DNA from: Acidimicrobiia bacterium UBA5794
Lineage (GTDB): Bacteria > Actinomycetota > Acidimicrobiia > Spongiisociales > UBA5794
Direction: 5' to 3'
Assembly: GCA_002418265.1 (NCBI GenBank)
Contig: DIDS01000014.1
Span: 72,588 to 136,587, forward strand
Length of the DNA stretch: 64,000 nucleotides
This document shows, in pieces, positions 38,840-49,569 of this stretch (positions are counted from its first letter, which is position 1; every line of letters starts with the position of its first letter). Under the pieces are notes generated by a model that was not told where the DNA came from, did not search any database, and was given only the letters and a program-made list of their open reading frames with translations. The position numbers and the translations under genes were made by a program.

Positions 38840-39925
38840 ATGCTCGGATTCATCACACGACGCACCTTGCTTGCAATCCCCGTCCTGCTCGGAATCATGG
38901 TCGTTGTGTTCTTCCTCATCAGAGCGATCCCTGGCGATCCATGCACCTCACTCCTTGGTGAACGAGCCACCGCCGAAGCATGCGAACGCTTCAACGAAGC
39001 CAATGGTCTCAATGACCCGATATGGGTTCAACTCGGCATCTACATGAAGAACGTCGTCACGTTCAACCTCGGAGAGTCAATTCGGTTCTCGCGACCGGTC
39101 AATCAGATCCTGATTGAACGACTCCCACTCACGATCGAGCTTGCCACTTCTGCCTTGATCCTGGCGATTGGCATTGGTGTTCCCATGGGCATCATCGCCG
39201 CCAGGCGGCACAACTCGGCGGTCGACACCGCGACAATGGCCATTGCAAACATTGGTGTGTCGATGCCCGTGTTCTGGCTCGGGTTGATGCTTGCCTATCT
39301 CTTCGCCATCATCTTGAAAGGAACGATCTTCCAGTTACCCCCGACGGGTCGACTTTCGGCGGGTGTGTTCCCGATTCCGTATTACGAGGTGTGGGGATGG
39401 GAAATCACGCCGGACACCACCTGGGCAAACCTCAACGAATTCATTGCGAACTTCTACATCTTCAACAGCTTCATCACGTTCCAGTGGGACGTCTTTTGGG
39501 ATGCCGTCAAGCACATGATCCTGCCAGCCGTCGCCCTCGCAACCATTCCGCTTGCGATCATCGCCCGAATCACACGAAGCTCGCTGCTTGAGGTGATGAA
39601 CAAGGACTACATTCGTACCGCCCGGGCAAAGGGGACACGAGAGTCTCGAGTTGTGCGGAGCCATGCAATGCGCAACTCGCTTCTGCCCGTCGTCACGATC
39701 ATTGGTCTCCAACTGGGCGCTCTCCTTGGTGGAGCGGTCCTCACGGAGACCGTCTTCAATCTTGCCGGCGTTGGGCGCGCGCTGTACGACGCCATCACCG
39801 GCCGAGACTACGCGGTGGTACAAGGGATCACCGTCGTGATCGCTCTTGGATACGTGATCGTGAACCTGTTGGTCGACCTGTCCTATGGCTACCTCGATCC
39901 ACGAATCAGGGTCGGTGGCGAATGA
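38840..39925 (+). CDS. ABC transporter permease (DppB/OppB-like)
   Basis: BPD_transp_1 signature region EVMNKDYIRTARAKG. Confidence 0.85.
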   Translation: MLGFITRRTLLAIPVLLGIMVVVFFLIRAIPGDPCTSLLGERATAEACERFNEANGLNDPIWVQLGIYMKNVVTFNLGESIRFSRPVNQILIERLPLTIELATSALILAIGIGVPMGIIAARRHNSAVDTATMAIANIGVSMPVFWLGLMLAYLFAIILKGTIFQLPPTGRLSAGVFPIPYYEVWGWEITPDTTWANLNEFIANFYIFNSFITFQWDVFWDAVKHMILPAVALATIPLAIIARITRSSLLEVMNKDYIRTARAKGTRESRVVRSHAMRNSLLPVVTIIGLQLGALLGGAVLTETVFNLAGVGRALYDAITGRDYAVVQGITVVIALGYVIVNLLVDLSYGYLDPRIRVGGE

Positions 39926-40875
39926 TCTCGCGCCAGAAGTCCATCGAGATCCTTGAAGCCCAATCGGCCCAACACGATCTGCTTGACAAGCCGCTGAGCC
40001 AATGGCGACTCACCCTCCGTCGCTTCCGGGGCCGAAGATCAGGCATGGTCGGATTGGGGATTGTTGTCTTCTTGATCCTCATGGCGATCTTTGCCCCGGT
40101 GATTGCGCCGTATCCACCGAACGAGGTGCTGATCGGCAAGGAAGATGTTGGTCCAAGGGAAAAACCGTGTATCCACATCCTTGGCTGTGACGAGAACAAA
40201 CCCCAACACATCATGGGAACGGACGGAAACGTGAGAGACGAGTTCTCTCGAATCATCTACGGCGCTCGCATCAGCCTCACACTCGGGTTCTTCACCGTCA
40301 CGATTGCCCTCCTCGTTGGAGGTTTCTTCGGGGCTATCGCCGGATACGTCGGCGGATGGTTCGACAACATCGTCATGCGGATCATGGACGTGATTCTTGG
40401 CTTCCCGTCCCTGCTGCTTGCCATTGCGATCGTCGCAGTGCTCGGCCCGGGGCTCCAGAACGCCCTCATCGCGATCGCCATCGTCGCCATCCCAGCCTAT
40501 GCACGCGTCATGCGCGCCCAAGTGCTTGCCATCAAGGAATCCGACTTTGTCCAGGCATCGGTTGCTCTCGGTTCCTCAAGCCGACAGCTGCTGCTTCGCC
40601 GCGTCATCCCCAATGCTCTGACTCCGCTCGTCGTCCTCGCCACATTGGGGGTTGCGACCGCTATCCTCGAAGCAGCAGGACTCTCATTCCTCGGCCTCGG
40701 AGCGCAGCCACCAAACCCCGAGTGGGGATCGATGCTCGCCCAGGAACGAAACAACCTTTTCACGTCGCCTCTTCTTGTCTTTTTTCCGGGCTTTGCAATC
40801 ATGCTGACCGTGCTCGGCTTCAACCTCATGGGTGACGGACTACGCGACGCCCTCGACCCGGCCCTGAATCGATGA
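39922..40875 (+). CDS. ABC transporter permease (DppC/OppC-like)
   Basis: OppC N-terminal domain plus permease core; ATGA overlap with the upstream gene. Confidence 0.85.
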   Translation: MISRQKSIEILEAQSAQHDLLDKPLSQWRLTLRRFRGRRSGMVGLGIVVFLILMAIFAPVIAPYPPNEVLIGKEDVGPREKPCIHILGCDENKPQHIMGTDGNVRDEFSRIIYGARISLTLGFFTVTIALLVGGFFGAIAGYVGGWFDNIVMRIMDVILGFPSLLLAIAIVAVLGPGLQNALIAIAIVAIPAYARVMRAQVLAIKESDFVQASVALGSSSRQLLLRRVIPNALTPLVVLATLGVATAILEAAGLSFLGLGAQPPNPEWGSMLAQERNNLFTSPLLVFFPGFAIMLTVLGFNLMGDGLRDALDPALNR

Positions 40876-41999
40876 AAAAGCCACGAACTCCCAATCAGAA
40901 TTCCGTGATCGCGATGGACCCACCCCTCATCGAGATGTCGGAACATCTTCTCGAGATCAAGGGACTCAAGACACACTTCGACACCCGCGACGGAGTCGTC
41001 AAGGCAGTCGATGGGGTTTCGTTGAAGGTCAAGCGAGGCGAGGTTCTCGGCATCGTCGGAGAATCCGGATGTGGTAAATCAGTGACGGCGCTGTCGATCA
41101 TGGGTCTGATCCCACACCCAGGAAAAGTCGTGGCGGGTGAAATCCTGTTCAACGGGCAGGACATCGCACAAATGAATCCCGACGACGTTCGCAAGCTACG
41201 CGGCGAACACATTTCGATGATCTTCCAACAACCCGGAAGTGCGCTCAACCCGGTCCAGAGAGTCGGTGTCCAGATCAAGGAAGTGTTCAAGCTCCATCGC
41301 GACTGGGACGACGATCTTGAGGACGAGAAGGTCATTGAGATGCTTGCCAAGGTTGGCATCCCGGATCCGAAGTCACGTGCCCGCGCCTACCCCCACGAGC
41401 TCTCCGGTGGCATGGCCCAACGGGTCATGATCGCAATGGCGCTGGCCTGTGAGCCCGAGCTGTTGATCGCTGACGAACCGACAACCGCGCTCGATGTCAC
41501 GATTCAGGCCCAGATCCTCGATCTGATCCGAGACCTCCAGGAGACGTCCAGGACCGCTGTTCTCCTGATCACCCACGATCTCGGCGTTGTTGCCGAGATG
41601 GCTGATCGTATTGCGGTGATGTATGCCGGTGAGGTTGTCGAAGAGACCGATGTCAGCACCCTGTTCAAGTACCCGAAGCATCCCTACACCCAGGGTCTGA
41701 TCGCATCGATCCCCGTCCTCGGATCGATCGTCGACACCCTTGAGACCATCCCAGGCGTCGTCCCGAACCTGATCGATCTGCCACCGGGATGTCGGTTTGC
41801 CTCACGATGTGTCTCACGGATCCAGCACGAACTCGAGATCTGTACACAGAAAAGGCCCGAGCTGCGCGAAATCGCACCCGGACACCACGTGCGCTGCTTC
41901 CTTTACGAGGAGGAATATGTGTCCCAAGCAGATCGTGAAGCCGTAGCAGAATTCAACGTGGCGTCGGCCCCGGTCGACAGTGTGATCGACGATGAGTGA
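40872..41999 (+). CDS. ABC transporter ATP-binding protein (DppD/OppD-like)
   Basis: Walker A GESGCGKS, signature LSGGMAQR, and a C-terminal oligopeptide/dipeptide transporter extension. Confidence 0.85.
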   Translation: MKKPRTPNQNSVIAMDPPLIEMSEHLLEIKGLKTHFDTRDGVVKAVDGVSLKVKRGEVLGIVGESGCGKSVTALSIMGLIPHPGKVVAGEILFNGQDIAQMNPDDVRKLRGEHISMIFQQPGSALNPVQRVGVQIKEVFKLHRDWDDDLEDEKVIEMLAKVGIPDPKSRARAYPHELSGGMAQRVMIAMALACEPELLIADEPTTALDVTIQAQILDLIRDLQETSRTAVLLITHDLGVVAEMADRIAVMYAGEVVEETDVSTLFKYPKHPYTQGLIASIPVLGSIVDTLETIPGVVPNLIDLPPGCRFASRCVSRIQHELEICTQKRPELREIAPGHHVRCFLYEEEYVSQADREAVAEFNVASAPVDSVIDDE

Positions 42000-42990
42000 C
42001 CAGCCGCTCATTGAGCTGACCGATCTGGTCAAGCAGTTCCCGGTCAGGGGTGGGGTCCTCCAGCGACAGGTCGCGACGGTCAATGCCGTCGCTGGTGTGA
42101 GCATGACGATCTCGCGCGGCGAGACCGTTGGGCTCGTCGGTGAGTCGGGATGCGGCAAATCCACCCTTGGCCGTTTGCTGACACGGCTGCTTGAACCGAC
42201 GTCAGGGAAAATCATCTTCGACGGCGCCGACATCACACACCTCCAAGGCAAGCAGCTCAAGCCGTTCCGGAAACGTGTCCAGATCATCTTCCAAGATCCG
42301 TACTCCTCCCTTGATCCACGGACCCAGGTCGGGAACTCGATCTCAGAGGGTCTCAAGCTCCACGGCATCGGGGACAAGGATGAACGGCGCGACCGAGTCA
42401 CCAAGATGCTCGAACTCGTGGGGCTTGAGGCACATCATGCGAGCCGATTCCCACACGAATTCTCTGGAGGACAACGTCAGCGGATCGGCATCGCGCGAGC
42501 TCTCATCCTCGAGCCCGATTTCGTTGTTGCTGACGAACCCGTGTCGGCGCTCGATGTCTCCGTCCAAGCCCAAGTCCTCAACCTGTTGAAGGAGTTACAG
42601 TCGGAGCTGGATCTGACACTGTTGTTCATCGCGCACAACCTCGCGGTGGTCGAGCACATCTCGGACCGTGTCGCCGTCATGTATCTGGGCAGAATTGCAG
42701 AAATCACCGACCGCGAGAGCCTCTACAAGAACCCGCTCCATCCCTACACCGAAGCATTGCTCTCTGCGATCCCGATCCCCGACCCCGATCGTCCCCGGAA
42801 TCGCACGATTCTCCAGGGCGAGGTGCCCTCCCCGATCGACCCACCATCGGGGTGCTTCTTCCATCCGCGGTGCCCGATCGCTGTCGAAGGTGTGTGCGAT
42901 GTCGAGGTACCCCAACTCGAGCAATCGACGACGAGCGCTGATCACCTCGCGGCCTGCCACGTCCGAACGGGCCGCCTGAGCCGGCTGTGA
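41992..42990 (+). CDS. ABC transporter ATP-binding protein (DppF/OppF-like)
   Basis: Walker [10 protein letters not shown], signature FSGGQRQR. The stop codon lies inside the first unit of the downstream heptamer array. Confidence 0.85.
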   Translation: MSDQPLIELTDLVKQFPVRGGVLQRQVATVNAVAGVSMTISRGETVGLVGESGCGKSTLGRLLTRLLEPTSGKIIFDGADITHLQGKQLKPFRKRVQIIFQDPYSSLDPRTQVGNSISEGLKLHGIGDKDERRDRVTKMLELVGLEAHHASRFPHEFSGGQRQRIGIARALILEPDFVVADEPVSALDVSVQAQVLNLLKELQSELDLTLLFIAHNLAVVEHISDRVAVMYLGRIAEITDRESLYKNPLHPYTEALLSAIPIPDPDRPRNRTILQGEVPSPIDPPSGCFFHPRCPIAVEGVCDVEVPQLEQSTTSADHLAACHVRTGRLSRL

Positions 42991-43020
42991 GCCGAAAGCT
43001 GTGAGCCGAAAGCTGAAATA
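42984..43020. repeat. 14-mer (two-heptamer) tandem array, (GCTGTGAGCCGAAA)x2 plus GCTGAAA
   Basis: gctgtgagccgaaagctgtgagccgaaagctgaaata. Confidence 0.8.
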
Positions 43021-43040
43021 GTTGGGCGCAGAGCGTCCGA

Positions 43041-43754
43041 CTATTTCTTCAATACGAGTCGAATCGCCACAATCGCGGCTTCATACAAGATGTAGAGCGG
43101 CACGGCGAGCATCATCAGGGTGAGTGGATCCCCGCTGGGGGTGATGACGGCTGCGGCAATGAGGATCAAGACAATGGCCCACCGGCGGTTGGAGCGAAGG
43201 GTCTTGCTCGTCAGCATGCCGAATGCGGCGGCGGCGAAGAGGAACACCGGGAACTGGAATGCAATCCCGAACGCGAGAAGGAACCGCATTGCAAATTTCA
43301 GGTAGTAGTCGGCACCGATGACAGGAACAAGGGCGTCCCCTCCAAAGCCAAGGAGAAAAACCAGTCCACGCTCGAGCGCCAGATACCCCACGAACACGCC
43401 AAGAAGAAAGAGAAACGCAAGGACAGCGACGATCGGAATGACCCAGCGTTTTTCACGCTTCGACAACGCAGGTTCGACGAACCGCCACACCTGATAGGTG
43501 ATGACAGGGCTCGCAAGGATTGCCCCTCCCCACAGCGAGAGACGCATCACGACGCTGAACGCTTCGGTCACCTTGAATGTTGCAAGGGCAGCATCGGGAT
43601 CGAGCTTGCGATACGGTTCGACGAGCAAGTCGAGAATCTGCTCATTGAAGATGAAAGCGATCACCGTTCCGATGCCGAGAGCGATGACGGACTTGATGAG
43701 CCGCTGGCGCAGCTCCACGAGATGTTCGGAGAACGGCATCGTCGTCGCCGTCAT
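43041..43754 (-). CDS. tatC: Twin-arginine translocase subunit TatC
   Basis: Six-TM TatC with EHLVELRQRL near the N-terminus. Confidence 0.9.
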   Translation of the reverse strand: MTATTMPFSEHLVELRQRLIKSVIALGIGTVIAFIFNEQILDLLVEPYRKLDPDAALATFKVTEAFSVVMRLSLWGGAILASPVITYQVWRFVEPALSKREKRWVIPIVAVLAFLFLLGVFVGYLALERGLVFLLGFGGDALVPVIGADYYLKFAMRFLLAFGIAFQFPVFLFAAAAFGMLTSKTLRSNRRWAIVLILIAAAVITPSGDPLTLMMLAVPLYILYEAAIVAIRLVLKK

Positions 43755-44116
43755 GACTCGGCCTCTCCGTCTTCCTCATCCTGAGATGGAACTTCGGCGA
43801 CTGGTTCAGCCGTCCCGAAACCGACACGATTTGGATCTGAACCGCTCAGGTTGGTGTCCAACATCTCGGTAAAGCTGTTGCCGGCCTGTTTCAGATCATC
43901 CTTGATTCCCTGAAGATCATCTCTGGCGGTCTTGATCGGATCGGCTGCATCGTGCCACTCGCCGGAGATCTCCTCGACAAACTGGGAGGTTGCCTGACGA
44001 GCCTTGGAGAGCAGCTCCCCCATCTTGCGCGCAAACTCCGGCAGTCGGTCGGGTCCAAAGATGATCAGGATCACAACCACGATGGTCACGATCTCTGCGA
44101 AAGAAAGACTGCCCAT
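43751..44116 (-). CDS. tatA: Twin-arginine translocase subunit TatA/TatB family
   Basis: TM segment followed by an amphipathic helix (IVTIVVVILIIFGPDRLPEFARKMGELL). ATGA overlap with tatC. Confidence 0.75.
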   Translation of the reverse strand: MGSLSFAEIVTIVVVILIIFGPDRLPEFARKMGELLSKARQATSQFVEEISGEWHDAADPIKTARDDLQGIKDDLKQAGNSFTEMLDTNLSGSDPNRVGFGTAEPVAEVPSQDEEDGEAES

Positions 44117-44141
44117 TTGTGGAACGCTACAACGTTCCACG

Positions 44142-44275
44142 ACCTTCAGGGAGGCGTGCGAGCCAGCGAACCCCGTCAGTCCGACGTCGGAAAGCCCCCC
44201 TGCACCTCGCTGCGCTCGGCGCGTCCCCCCGCAAGCGGGAGGACGGATATGGGAGAAAGCTGAAAGCTCTCTAAC
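44142..44275. repeat. Composite repeat: GCGTGCGAGCC...CCCCGTC box, short GACGTC element, GC-rich hairpin module, (AGCTGAA)x2
   Basis: ggaggcgtgcgagccagcgaaccccgtcagtccgacgtcggaaAGCCCCCCTGCACCTCGCTGCGCTCGGCGCGTCCCCCCGCAAGCGGGAGGACGGatatgggagaaagctgaaagctctc. This is nearly the same arrangement as 2341-2452. Confidence 0.8.
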
Positions 44276-44840
44276 CCTTCGGAGCCCATCGTGGGTAGTC
44301 GATTCCAGCGGTACGGTTGATGACAAATCCCTGCACGGTGAGCAATACGACTGCAAGCATCAGCACCGCAAGGTCGCGCGGGGTTGTGAGAATCCCGAGC
44401 GAAACGATCAGCGTGGTGGCACCGGCAGGGGGATGGGGCACCCTGAACCACACCATCAACCCTGATGTCAGCCCGAGCGACAGAGCGGCAGCCCCGACAC
44501 GGGCAAGAGTCACTTCAGTGGCGAGCGCGGGAGCTGCGTCAGTCAGACCGAATATCACCAGCGACAGGTAACCGGCGCCCGCTCCGATCCCGTGGCCCAG
44601 GATAGCGTTCCTTGGTGAGGCCGCCGGGTTCGTCGGAGTGTAGAAGAACAGAAATGCAGTGGGGCCAAGCGACGGAAAAACGAACGGGCTTCCGGTCAAC
44701 AAGGCCGCCATCGACATGATTCCGATTGACAACACGCCGTTGGCGAATGCGAACAGGCCCATCACCGTCGTCGAAGAGTGGCGCTTCACGAGATACGGGA
44801 TCTGCATCCGGCTTGCAAGGCCAAACACGATTGCATTCAT
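44271..44840 (-). CDS. HPP-family membrane protein (family includes nitrite transporters)
   Basis: HPPAGATTLIVSLG motif with four or more TM helices. Start at MNAIVFG with a GGGGGA SD. Confidence 0.7.
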   Translation of the reverse strand: MNAIVFGLASRMQIPYLVKRHSSTTVMGLFAFANGVLSIGIMSMAALLTGSPFVFPSLGPTAFLFFYTPTNPAASPRNAILGHGIGAGAGYLSLVIFGLTDAAPALATEVTLARVGAAALSLGLTSGLMVWFRVPHPPAGATTLIVSLGILTTPRDLAVLMLAVVLLTVQGFVINRTAGIDYPRWAPKG

Positions 44841-44883
44841 CTGTCCCCCGATGGGACCCGTTGAATCGCGTTTGAACTCCGGT

Positions 44884-45087
44884 TCAGTCACGTCGCGGCA
44901 GCACCCTGTAGAACAACACGGCGCAGATCGCCAAGCCGGTGGAAACGGCCGCGGCGGTCCAGCCGAGCTGCGGATCATGCGTCATGTACGCCTCAGCCGC
45001 GATCACGAGAAGGAACAGTTGGAGACTGACGATCAACACGACGAGAGCAAGGAGCGCAGTGCTTCCAGCCGACTTTCGTTTGGCCAT
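44884..45087 (-). CDS. Small two-TM membrane protein, unknown function
   Basis: 67-aa ORF whose ATG overlaps the Rieske gene stop (ATGA). Hydrophobic: LLALVVLIVSLQLFLLVIAAEAY. Confidence 0.35.
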   Translation of the reverse strand: MAKRKSAGSTALLALVVLIVSLQLFLLVIAAEAYMTHDPQLGWTAAAVSTGLAICAVLFYRVLPRRD

Positions 45088-45605
45088 CAGTGACTGCCTC
45101 CCGAAATGCCGACCGCCCATACCTCGCGGTCCCGAATGACCGTGTCGATACGGGTCAGCGGTCGTTCGGGTGGACCCGCTATCGCTTCACCCGCAACGCT
45201 GAAGAACCCTTCATGACAAGGACATTCGAACTCGAAGGTCTCGATGTCCCAGAACACCACACATCCGAGGTGCGTGCATTTCTGGCTGAAAGCAACGACC
45301 TCGTTGAGTTCGGTCCGGACGATGATTGCGGGATCCTTGTCCGTCGGGTACCGGAACAGTTTGCTTCGGCCCGGCGGGATGTCATCGATGGACATGATCA
45401 GTCTTTCAGGTCCGACGTTGGCCGGTCGAAGTGATGCTGCGAGAGCCATCAGTCCACCGCTTCCTGCAAGGGCAATGGACGCGTACGCCAAAAACCGCGT
45501 GAACTCTCGACGCGTGACCTCGTCTTCGCCCGCACTTTCATACGGAAAGTCCTTCTTCCATTGTGGATCGTCCACCGGTTGATCGGCTGTCGGCTGATCG
45601 GTCAC
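45087..45605 (-). CDS. Rieske [2Fe-2S] protein with twin-arginine signal / membrane anchor
   Basis: Box I CTHLGC and box II CPCHEG. Tat motif TRREFTRFLAY followed by a hydrophobic stretch. Best start is GTG at 45605 (GGAGGTGAT SD, 1 nt after the ferredoxin stop); the alternative ATGs at 45632 and 45656 overlap the ferredoxin gene. Confidence 0.8.
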   Translation of the reverse strand: MTDQPTADQPVDDPQWKKDFPYESAGEDEVTRREFTRFLAYASIALAGSGGLMALAASLRPANVGPERLIMSIDDIPPGRSKLFRYPTDKDPAIIVRTELNEVVAFSQKCTHLGCVVFWDIETFEFECPCHEGFFSVAGEAIAGPPERPLTRIDTVIRDREVWAVGISGGSH

Positions 45606-45606
45606 A

Positions 45607-46224
45607 TCACCTCCCAAGTCCGAAAGGATCATCTTGCCACTGGGTCGGTTTCTCACCGATCGTGATCATGACCGGTCCAGGCTCGCTGACCACGGCTGCA
45701 ACCTTTGTGCGTACGGTCTGGCGTCCGAATTGCCAATTCCGTACCAGCGTGCCAGTGCGCTTTGCTGAGAACTCCTCGTCGGATCCGTACCACAACGCCT
45801 CCGATGGACAGACGGACGCACACATCGGTTTCAACCCTTCGGAGGTGCGGTCGTAGCACATGTCGCATTTCATCATCTGGTCGAACGACGCAACGTACTT
45901 CGGGATGCCGAAAGGGCAGGCGTACACGCAGTTTGAGCACCCGATACATCGAGGCTTGAGGGAGGACTGGACGACACCAGACTCGTTCTGTTTGATTGCG
46001 TCAGCTGGGCACACCTCAGCACAGGTCGGGTCTTCACAATGCATGCACACGAGCGGGACGGTCTGTGTCGAAATCGCCCGATCAATCGTATCCAACTGGA
46101 TCAGGGAGACTCCGCGGTGGGTGTCACACTCGGCACAGGCAGCAACACAGGCACGACAGCCGATGCACCGGCTCTGATCGATGGCAAACACCGCCGTTGC
46201 CGGGTCATAGCCGCTTTGGATCAT
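45607..46224 (-). CDS. 4x[4Fe-4S] ferredoxin-type electron-transfer subunit (NrfC/HybA/DmsB-like)
   Basis: Four Cys clusters: [40 protein letters not shown] and CDMCYDR...CASVCP. No Tat signal and no TM segment. Confidence 0.85.
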   Translation of the reverse strand: MIQSGYDPATAVFAIDQSRCIGCRACVAACAECDTHRGVSLIQLDTIDRAISTQTVPLVCMHCEDPTCAEVCPADAIKQNESGVVQSSLKPRCIGCSNCVYACPFGIPKYVASFDQMMKCDMCYDRTSEGLKPMCASVCPSEALWYGSDEEFSAKRTGTLVRNWQFGRQTVRTKVAAVVSEPGPVMITIGEKPTQWQDDPFGLGR

Positions 46225-48449
46225 TGGTCACCCTGCAACGTGAGGTCGCGGTCGTCGAGCAGGTCGCGGCGACCTGTGCCCTTCGCCACCTTGACGGCGC
46301 TGACCTTGTATTCCGGAATACCCGAGATCGGATCGATGGCACGTTGCGTCAGAAGATTTGCCGACTTGTCACTTGGCCAGTGATACGGGATGAAAACGGT
46401 ATCTGGTCGAATCGTCTCGACAACCTTTGCCGGAGCCACCATGGTTCCACGCCGCGAGGTGATGCGCACGATGTCGCCGTCGGTAACACCCAAATTGGTC
46501 GCAAGTAGGGGGTGCATCTCGCACAGGGGTTCGGGATACTGATCAACCAGTGCTCCGATCCTTCGAGTCTGTGTTCCCGACAGGTACTGGCTCACCACGC
46601 GCCCGGTCGTAAGGTACAGCGGGTAGTCCGAGTCAGGAACCTCGGCCGATTCGCGCCAAGGGGTCGGGATGAACTTCGCCCGCCCGTCCGGGTGGAAGAA
46701 CTTTCCTCCCTCATAGAGCCGTGGTGTTCCTGGATGTCCGATCTCGGGTGCAGGCCAGAACACACCCTGCTCCTTGACGACGCGATCCCACGTGATGCCG
46801 TAGTAGTCGGCAGTCCCGCCACGGGAGGCTCTCCTGAGTTCGTTGAAGATGTCTTCGGTTGTCTCGTAGTCAAAATACTGTTTGGCCCCCAGCCGATCGG
46901 CGATGTCGCAGATGATCTCCCAGTCCCGGCGAGCGTTGCCAGGCGGACTGACCGCAGCATTGATCTTGACGACCCGACCCTCAAGGGTCGTGACCGTACC
47001 TTCATCCTCCTCATGAAGCGAGCCCGGCAACACGACATCTGCGTGTTGGGCGGTCTCGGAGAGGAAGAAGTCGATGTTGACGTAGTAGTCGAGTTTCCCG
47101 AGCGCTTCTCGTGTGAAGTTGGCGTCGGGGAGCGAAACGAGCGGGTTGAAGCAGATCGACAGCAGACCCTTGATCCGACCCGCATGAATCTCATTCATGA
47201 TCTCCTGGGCCGTGAGACCCTTGCCGGGGAGCTGTGACTCTTCGATACCCCATACGTCGGCGATGAAGGCACGATCGTCCGGGTTCTCAATGTTGCGGTT
47301 GCCTGGCAACTGGTCGCATTTGTGGCCGTGCTCACGTCCACCCTGGCCATTGCCCTGTCCGGTGATCGTGCTCACGCCCGAGCCGGGTTTTCCATACTTG
47401 CCGGTCGCCAAGCCGAGATTGATGCATGCAAGAACGTTGTCGACACCCTTCGTGTGGTGTTCAATCCCACGTGCGTGCAGCAGCATCCCCGTCGCTGAGG
47501 TTCCCCAGATCTCGGCTGCTTCTTCGATTCTCGAAGCTGGCACCCCGGACACCCGCGCAGCCCAGTCAAGCGTTGCGCCCGACACGGCTGCTGCGGCCTC
47601 TTCGAAGCCGTTCGTATGGTTGTCGATGAAATCGTGATCGAGCCAATCGCGTTCAATGATGAGGTTGAACATGGCCGACAACACTGCGAGATCGGTACCC
47701 GGTCGGACGCCGAGAAATACGTCGGCGGTACGTGCGGCCGGGGTGACCCGGGGGTCCATGTAGATGAGCTTTGCGCCGTTGTCACGCGCACGCCAGATGT
47801 AGCTGGTTGTGATCGGTGCACATTCCGCGATGTTCGCCCCTGCCACGAACACGACATCGGTGAGAGGGATGTCTGACCAAGGGTTGGCAGCACGATCGAC
47901 GCCGAGCGCCTTCTTTCCAGCCGCACCCGCCGAGACCATGCACAAACGGCCGTTGTAGTCGAGGTTGGCCGTTCCGACGGCGACTCGTGCGAACTTGCCC
48001 ATGAGATACGATTTCTCGTTCGTGAGCGACACACCCGAAAGGACGGCGAAGGAGTCAGCCCCATGTTCGGCCTGGATCCGTTTGATCTCGGACGCGGTGC
48101 GGTCGAGTGCCGTTTCCCAGTTGATCTTCCTGAAGCCCCCAACCGCCGATTCGTCCCGCGCCAGTGGCTCGGTGAGTCGATCGGGATGGCTTCCTTGGAG
48201 ATACCTCTTCACCCCCTTGGGGCACAACTTGCCCTCGTTGAATGGGAAGTCGTATCGCGGTTCGAAACCGACGACCTTGTTGCCTGACACCTTCAACTTG
48301 ATGCCGCATTGCTGACCGCAGAAACAGCAATGCGTATCAACGACCTTGTCGATCTCGATCCCGGCGTCCCATCCCCCCGGTGGTGTACGGTTGAGATTCG
48401 GCCCATACGTGGCAATGAGCTGCTCTTCTGTGACGGGTGTCATCGCCAT
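46221..48449 (-). CDS. Molybdopterin (bis-MGD) oxidoreductase catalytic subunit, Nas/Nap-type nitrate-reductase-like, cytoplasmic
   Basis: N-terminal [4Fe-4S] motif [10 protein letters not shown]...GKLCPKG, Mo-ligand region [13 protein letters not shown], and [15 protein letters not shown]. The C-terminal MoCo-binding domain has [10 protein letters not shown]...IPYHW. No Tat signal. Start at MAMTPV (ATG 48449). Confidence 0.85.
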   Translation of the reverse strand: MAMTPVTEEQLIATYGPNLNRTPPGGWDAGIEIDKVVDTHCCFCGQQCGIKLKVSGNKVVGFEPRYDFPFNEGKLCPKGVKRYLQGSHPDRLTEPLARDESAVGGFRKINWETALDRTASEIKRIQAEHGADSFAVLSGVSLTNEKSYLMGKFARVAVGTANLDYNGRLCMVSAGAAGKKALGVDRAANPWSDIPLTDVVFVAGANIAECAPITTSYIWRARDNGAKLIYMDPRVTPAARTADVFLGVRPGTDLAVLSAMFNLIIERDWLDHDFIDNHTNGFEEAAAAVSGATLDWAARVSGVPASRIEEAAEIWGTSATGMLLHARGIEHHTKGVDNVLACINLGLATGKYGKPGSGVSTITGQGNGQGGREHGHKCDQLPGNRNIENPDDRAFIADVWGIEESQLPGKGLTAQEIMNEIHAGRIKGLLSICFNPLVSLPDANFTREALGKLDYYVNIDFFLSETAQHADVVLPGSLHEEDEGTVTTLEGRVVKINAAVSPPGNARRDWEIICDIADRLGAKQYFDYETTEDIFNELRRASRGGTADYYGITWDRVVKEQGVFWPAPEIGHPGTPRLYEGGKFFHPDGRAKFIPTPWRESAEVPDSDYPLYLTTGRVVSQYLSGTQTRRIGALVDQYPEPLCEMHPLLATNLGVTDGDIVRITSRRGTMVAPAKVVETIRPDTVFIPYHWPSDKSANLLTQRAIDPISGIPEYKVSAVKVAKGTGRRDLLDDRDLTLQGDQ

Positions 48450-49498
48450 CAGCCGAACCCCCCAACCCGTGCCACTTGTGCCAATCCGACAACCCGACGC
48501 CTGCATTTGGGGCACACATCCTGATAGTGCTCTCCTGACTCGAACGAGTAGTCGAAGCCAACAGCAGGAAGCACCGCTTTGAGATCCTCCATCTGGAGAA
48601 CGCTTGCAAACCCTTCCCCGCATTGAATGCAGGTCTGCTCCCCGGTTGCCTCCGCAGCCTCCTTGTAGAACGACACCCCGATGTTTGCTGGTCGCTGGAA
48701 GATGTGGAAGAGCTTTCCGAACGGGATGTAGAGCAGCCCCAAAATGACCGTGAGGGCGTGCAGGTTCGTGATGAACGCGTAGAACTGTCCTCCCATCCAC
48801 AAACTGGATGCCGTCAGCATGAGCCCGGTGATCGATACCGCGAACAATCCGACCAAAGGTGCAAAGTCGGATGCCCGTTCGAGTGCAATAGCGCCGCGGT
48901 CACGCATCCGTCTGATCAAGAAAATCGCCACACCGGCGATGACGAGAAAGGCTGCGATGTTGAGCAGGTGGAACACCATGAAGCCGAAGAAGCCGCGCGA
49001 ATCGAATTGGATCGTTGCAAAGGGTCCGAGAAATGCTTCGTAGAGCCGTCCGCTCTCGTCCGCCGATTCGAAGTGGAGCCAACCGAACGTCAGGGGAAAC
49101 GTCACGAGCGCGGCGAGGACGCACCCCCAGAAAAGCAACTGGTGCGCAACCCACCTGACCTTGCTCCTCCCCGCGATGAAACGCTGCAGGAGGATGTTGT
49201 TGACCAGCTTTCCGACGAGGCCCACGGCATTTGACCCCCGTCGGCCTTTGGCCCGCATCGCCTCCCACCCGCGGCTGTTCAACATTGCCGTGGGAGGACG
49301 TCGAAGCCACACGATGTAGCGATACGCGGTCGCGAACACCGCAAGTACCGTTCCGAACAGATACGGGGCAAGTGCCGGATCGAACCATTGCAGACCACTC
49401 GAACCGATGTACACGCCAATGAGAACGAGGACCACCAGAATCGACCCAACGACGACCCCCCGTCGGTCGACTCTCGATGGTGTGGATGCAATCCCCAT
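48449..49498 (-). CDS. NarI-like (nitrate reductase gamma fold) membrane cytochrome b fused to a C-terminal CxxC...CxxC zinc-ribbon
   Basis: Five TM helices with conserved His residues, and C-terminal CIQCGEG...CPKCRRR. The stop overlaps the Mo-subunit start (TGATG). Start uncertain: ATG 49498, or GTG 49567, which would use the end of the repeat module as its SD. Confidence 0.7.
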   Translation of the reverse strand: MGIASTPSRVDRRGVVVGSILVVLVLIGVYIGSSGLQWFDPALAPYLFGTVLAVFATAYRYIVWLRRPPTAMLNSRGWEAMRAKGRRGSNAVGLVGKLVNNILLQRFIAGRSKVRWVAHQLLFWGCVLAALVTFPLTFGWLHFESADESGRLYEAFLGPFATIQFDSRGFFGFMVFHLLNIAAFLVIAGVAIFLIRRMRDRGAIALERASDFAPLVGLFAVSITGLMLTASSLWMGGQFYAFITNLHALTVILGLLYIPFGKLFHIFQRPANIGVSFYKEAAEATGEQTCIQCGEGFASVLQMEDLKAVLPAVGFDYSFESGEHYQDVCPKCRRRVVGLAQVARVGGFG

Positions 49499-49569
49499 GG
49501 AGAGAACCCTAGCTCTCAGCACCCAGCTCCCAAGCGGGAGTTGGTCCCCTTGTCCTTTGTCTCCCACAC

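Noticed and set aside
43015-43045. Possible terminator hairpin GAAATAGT...ACTATTTC between the ABC operon and tatC
   Set aside because: The 8-bp A/T-rich stem with a 17-nt loop is weak. The adjacent heptamer array is the more plausible termination element.
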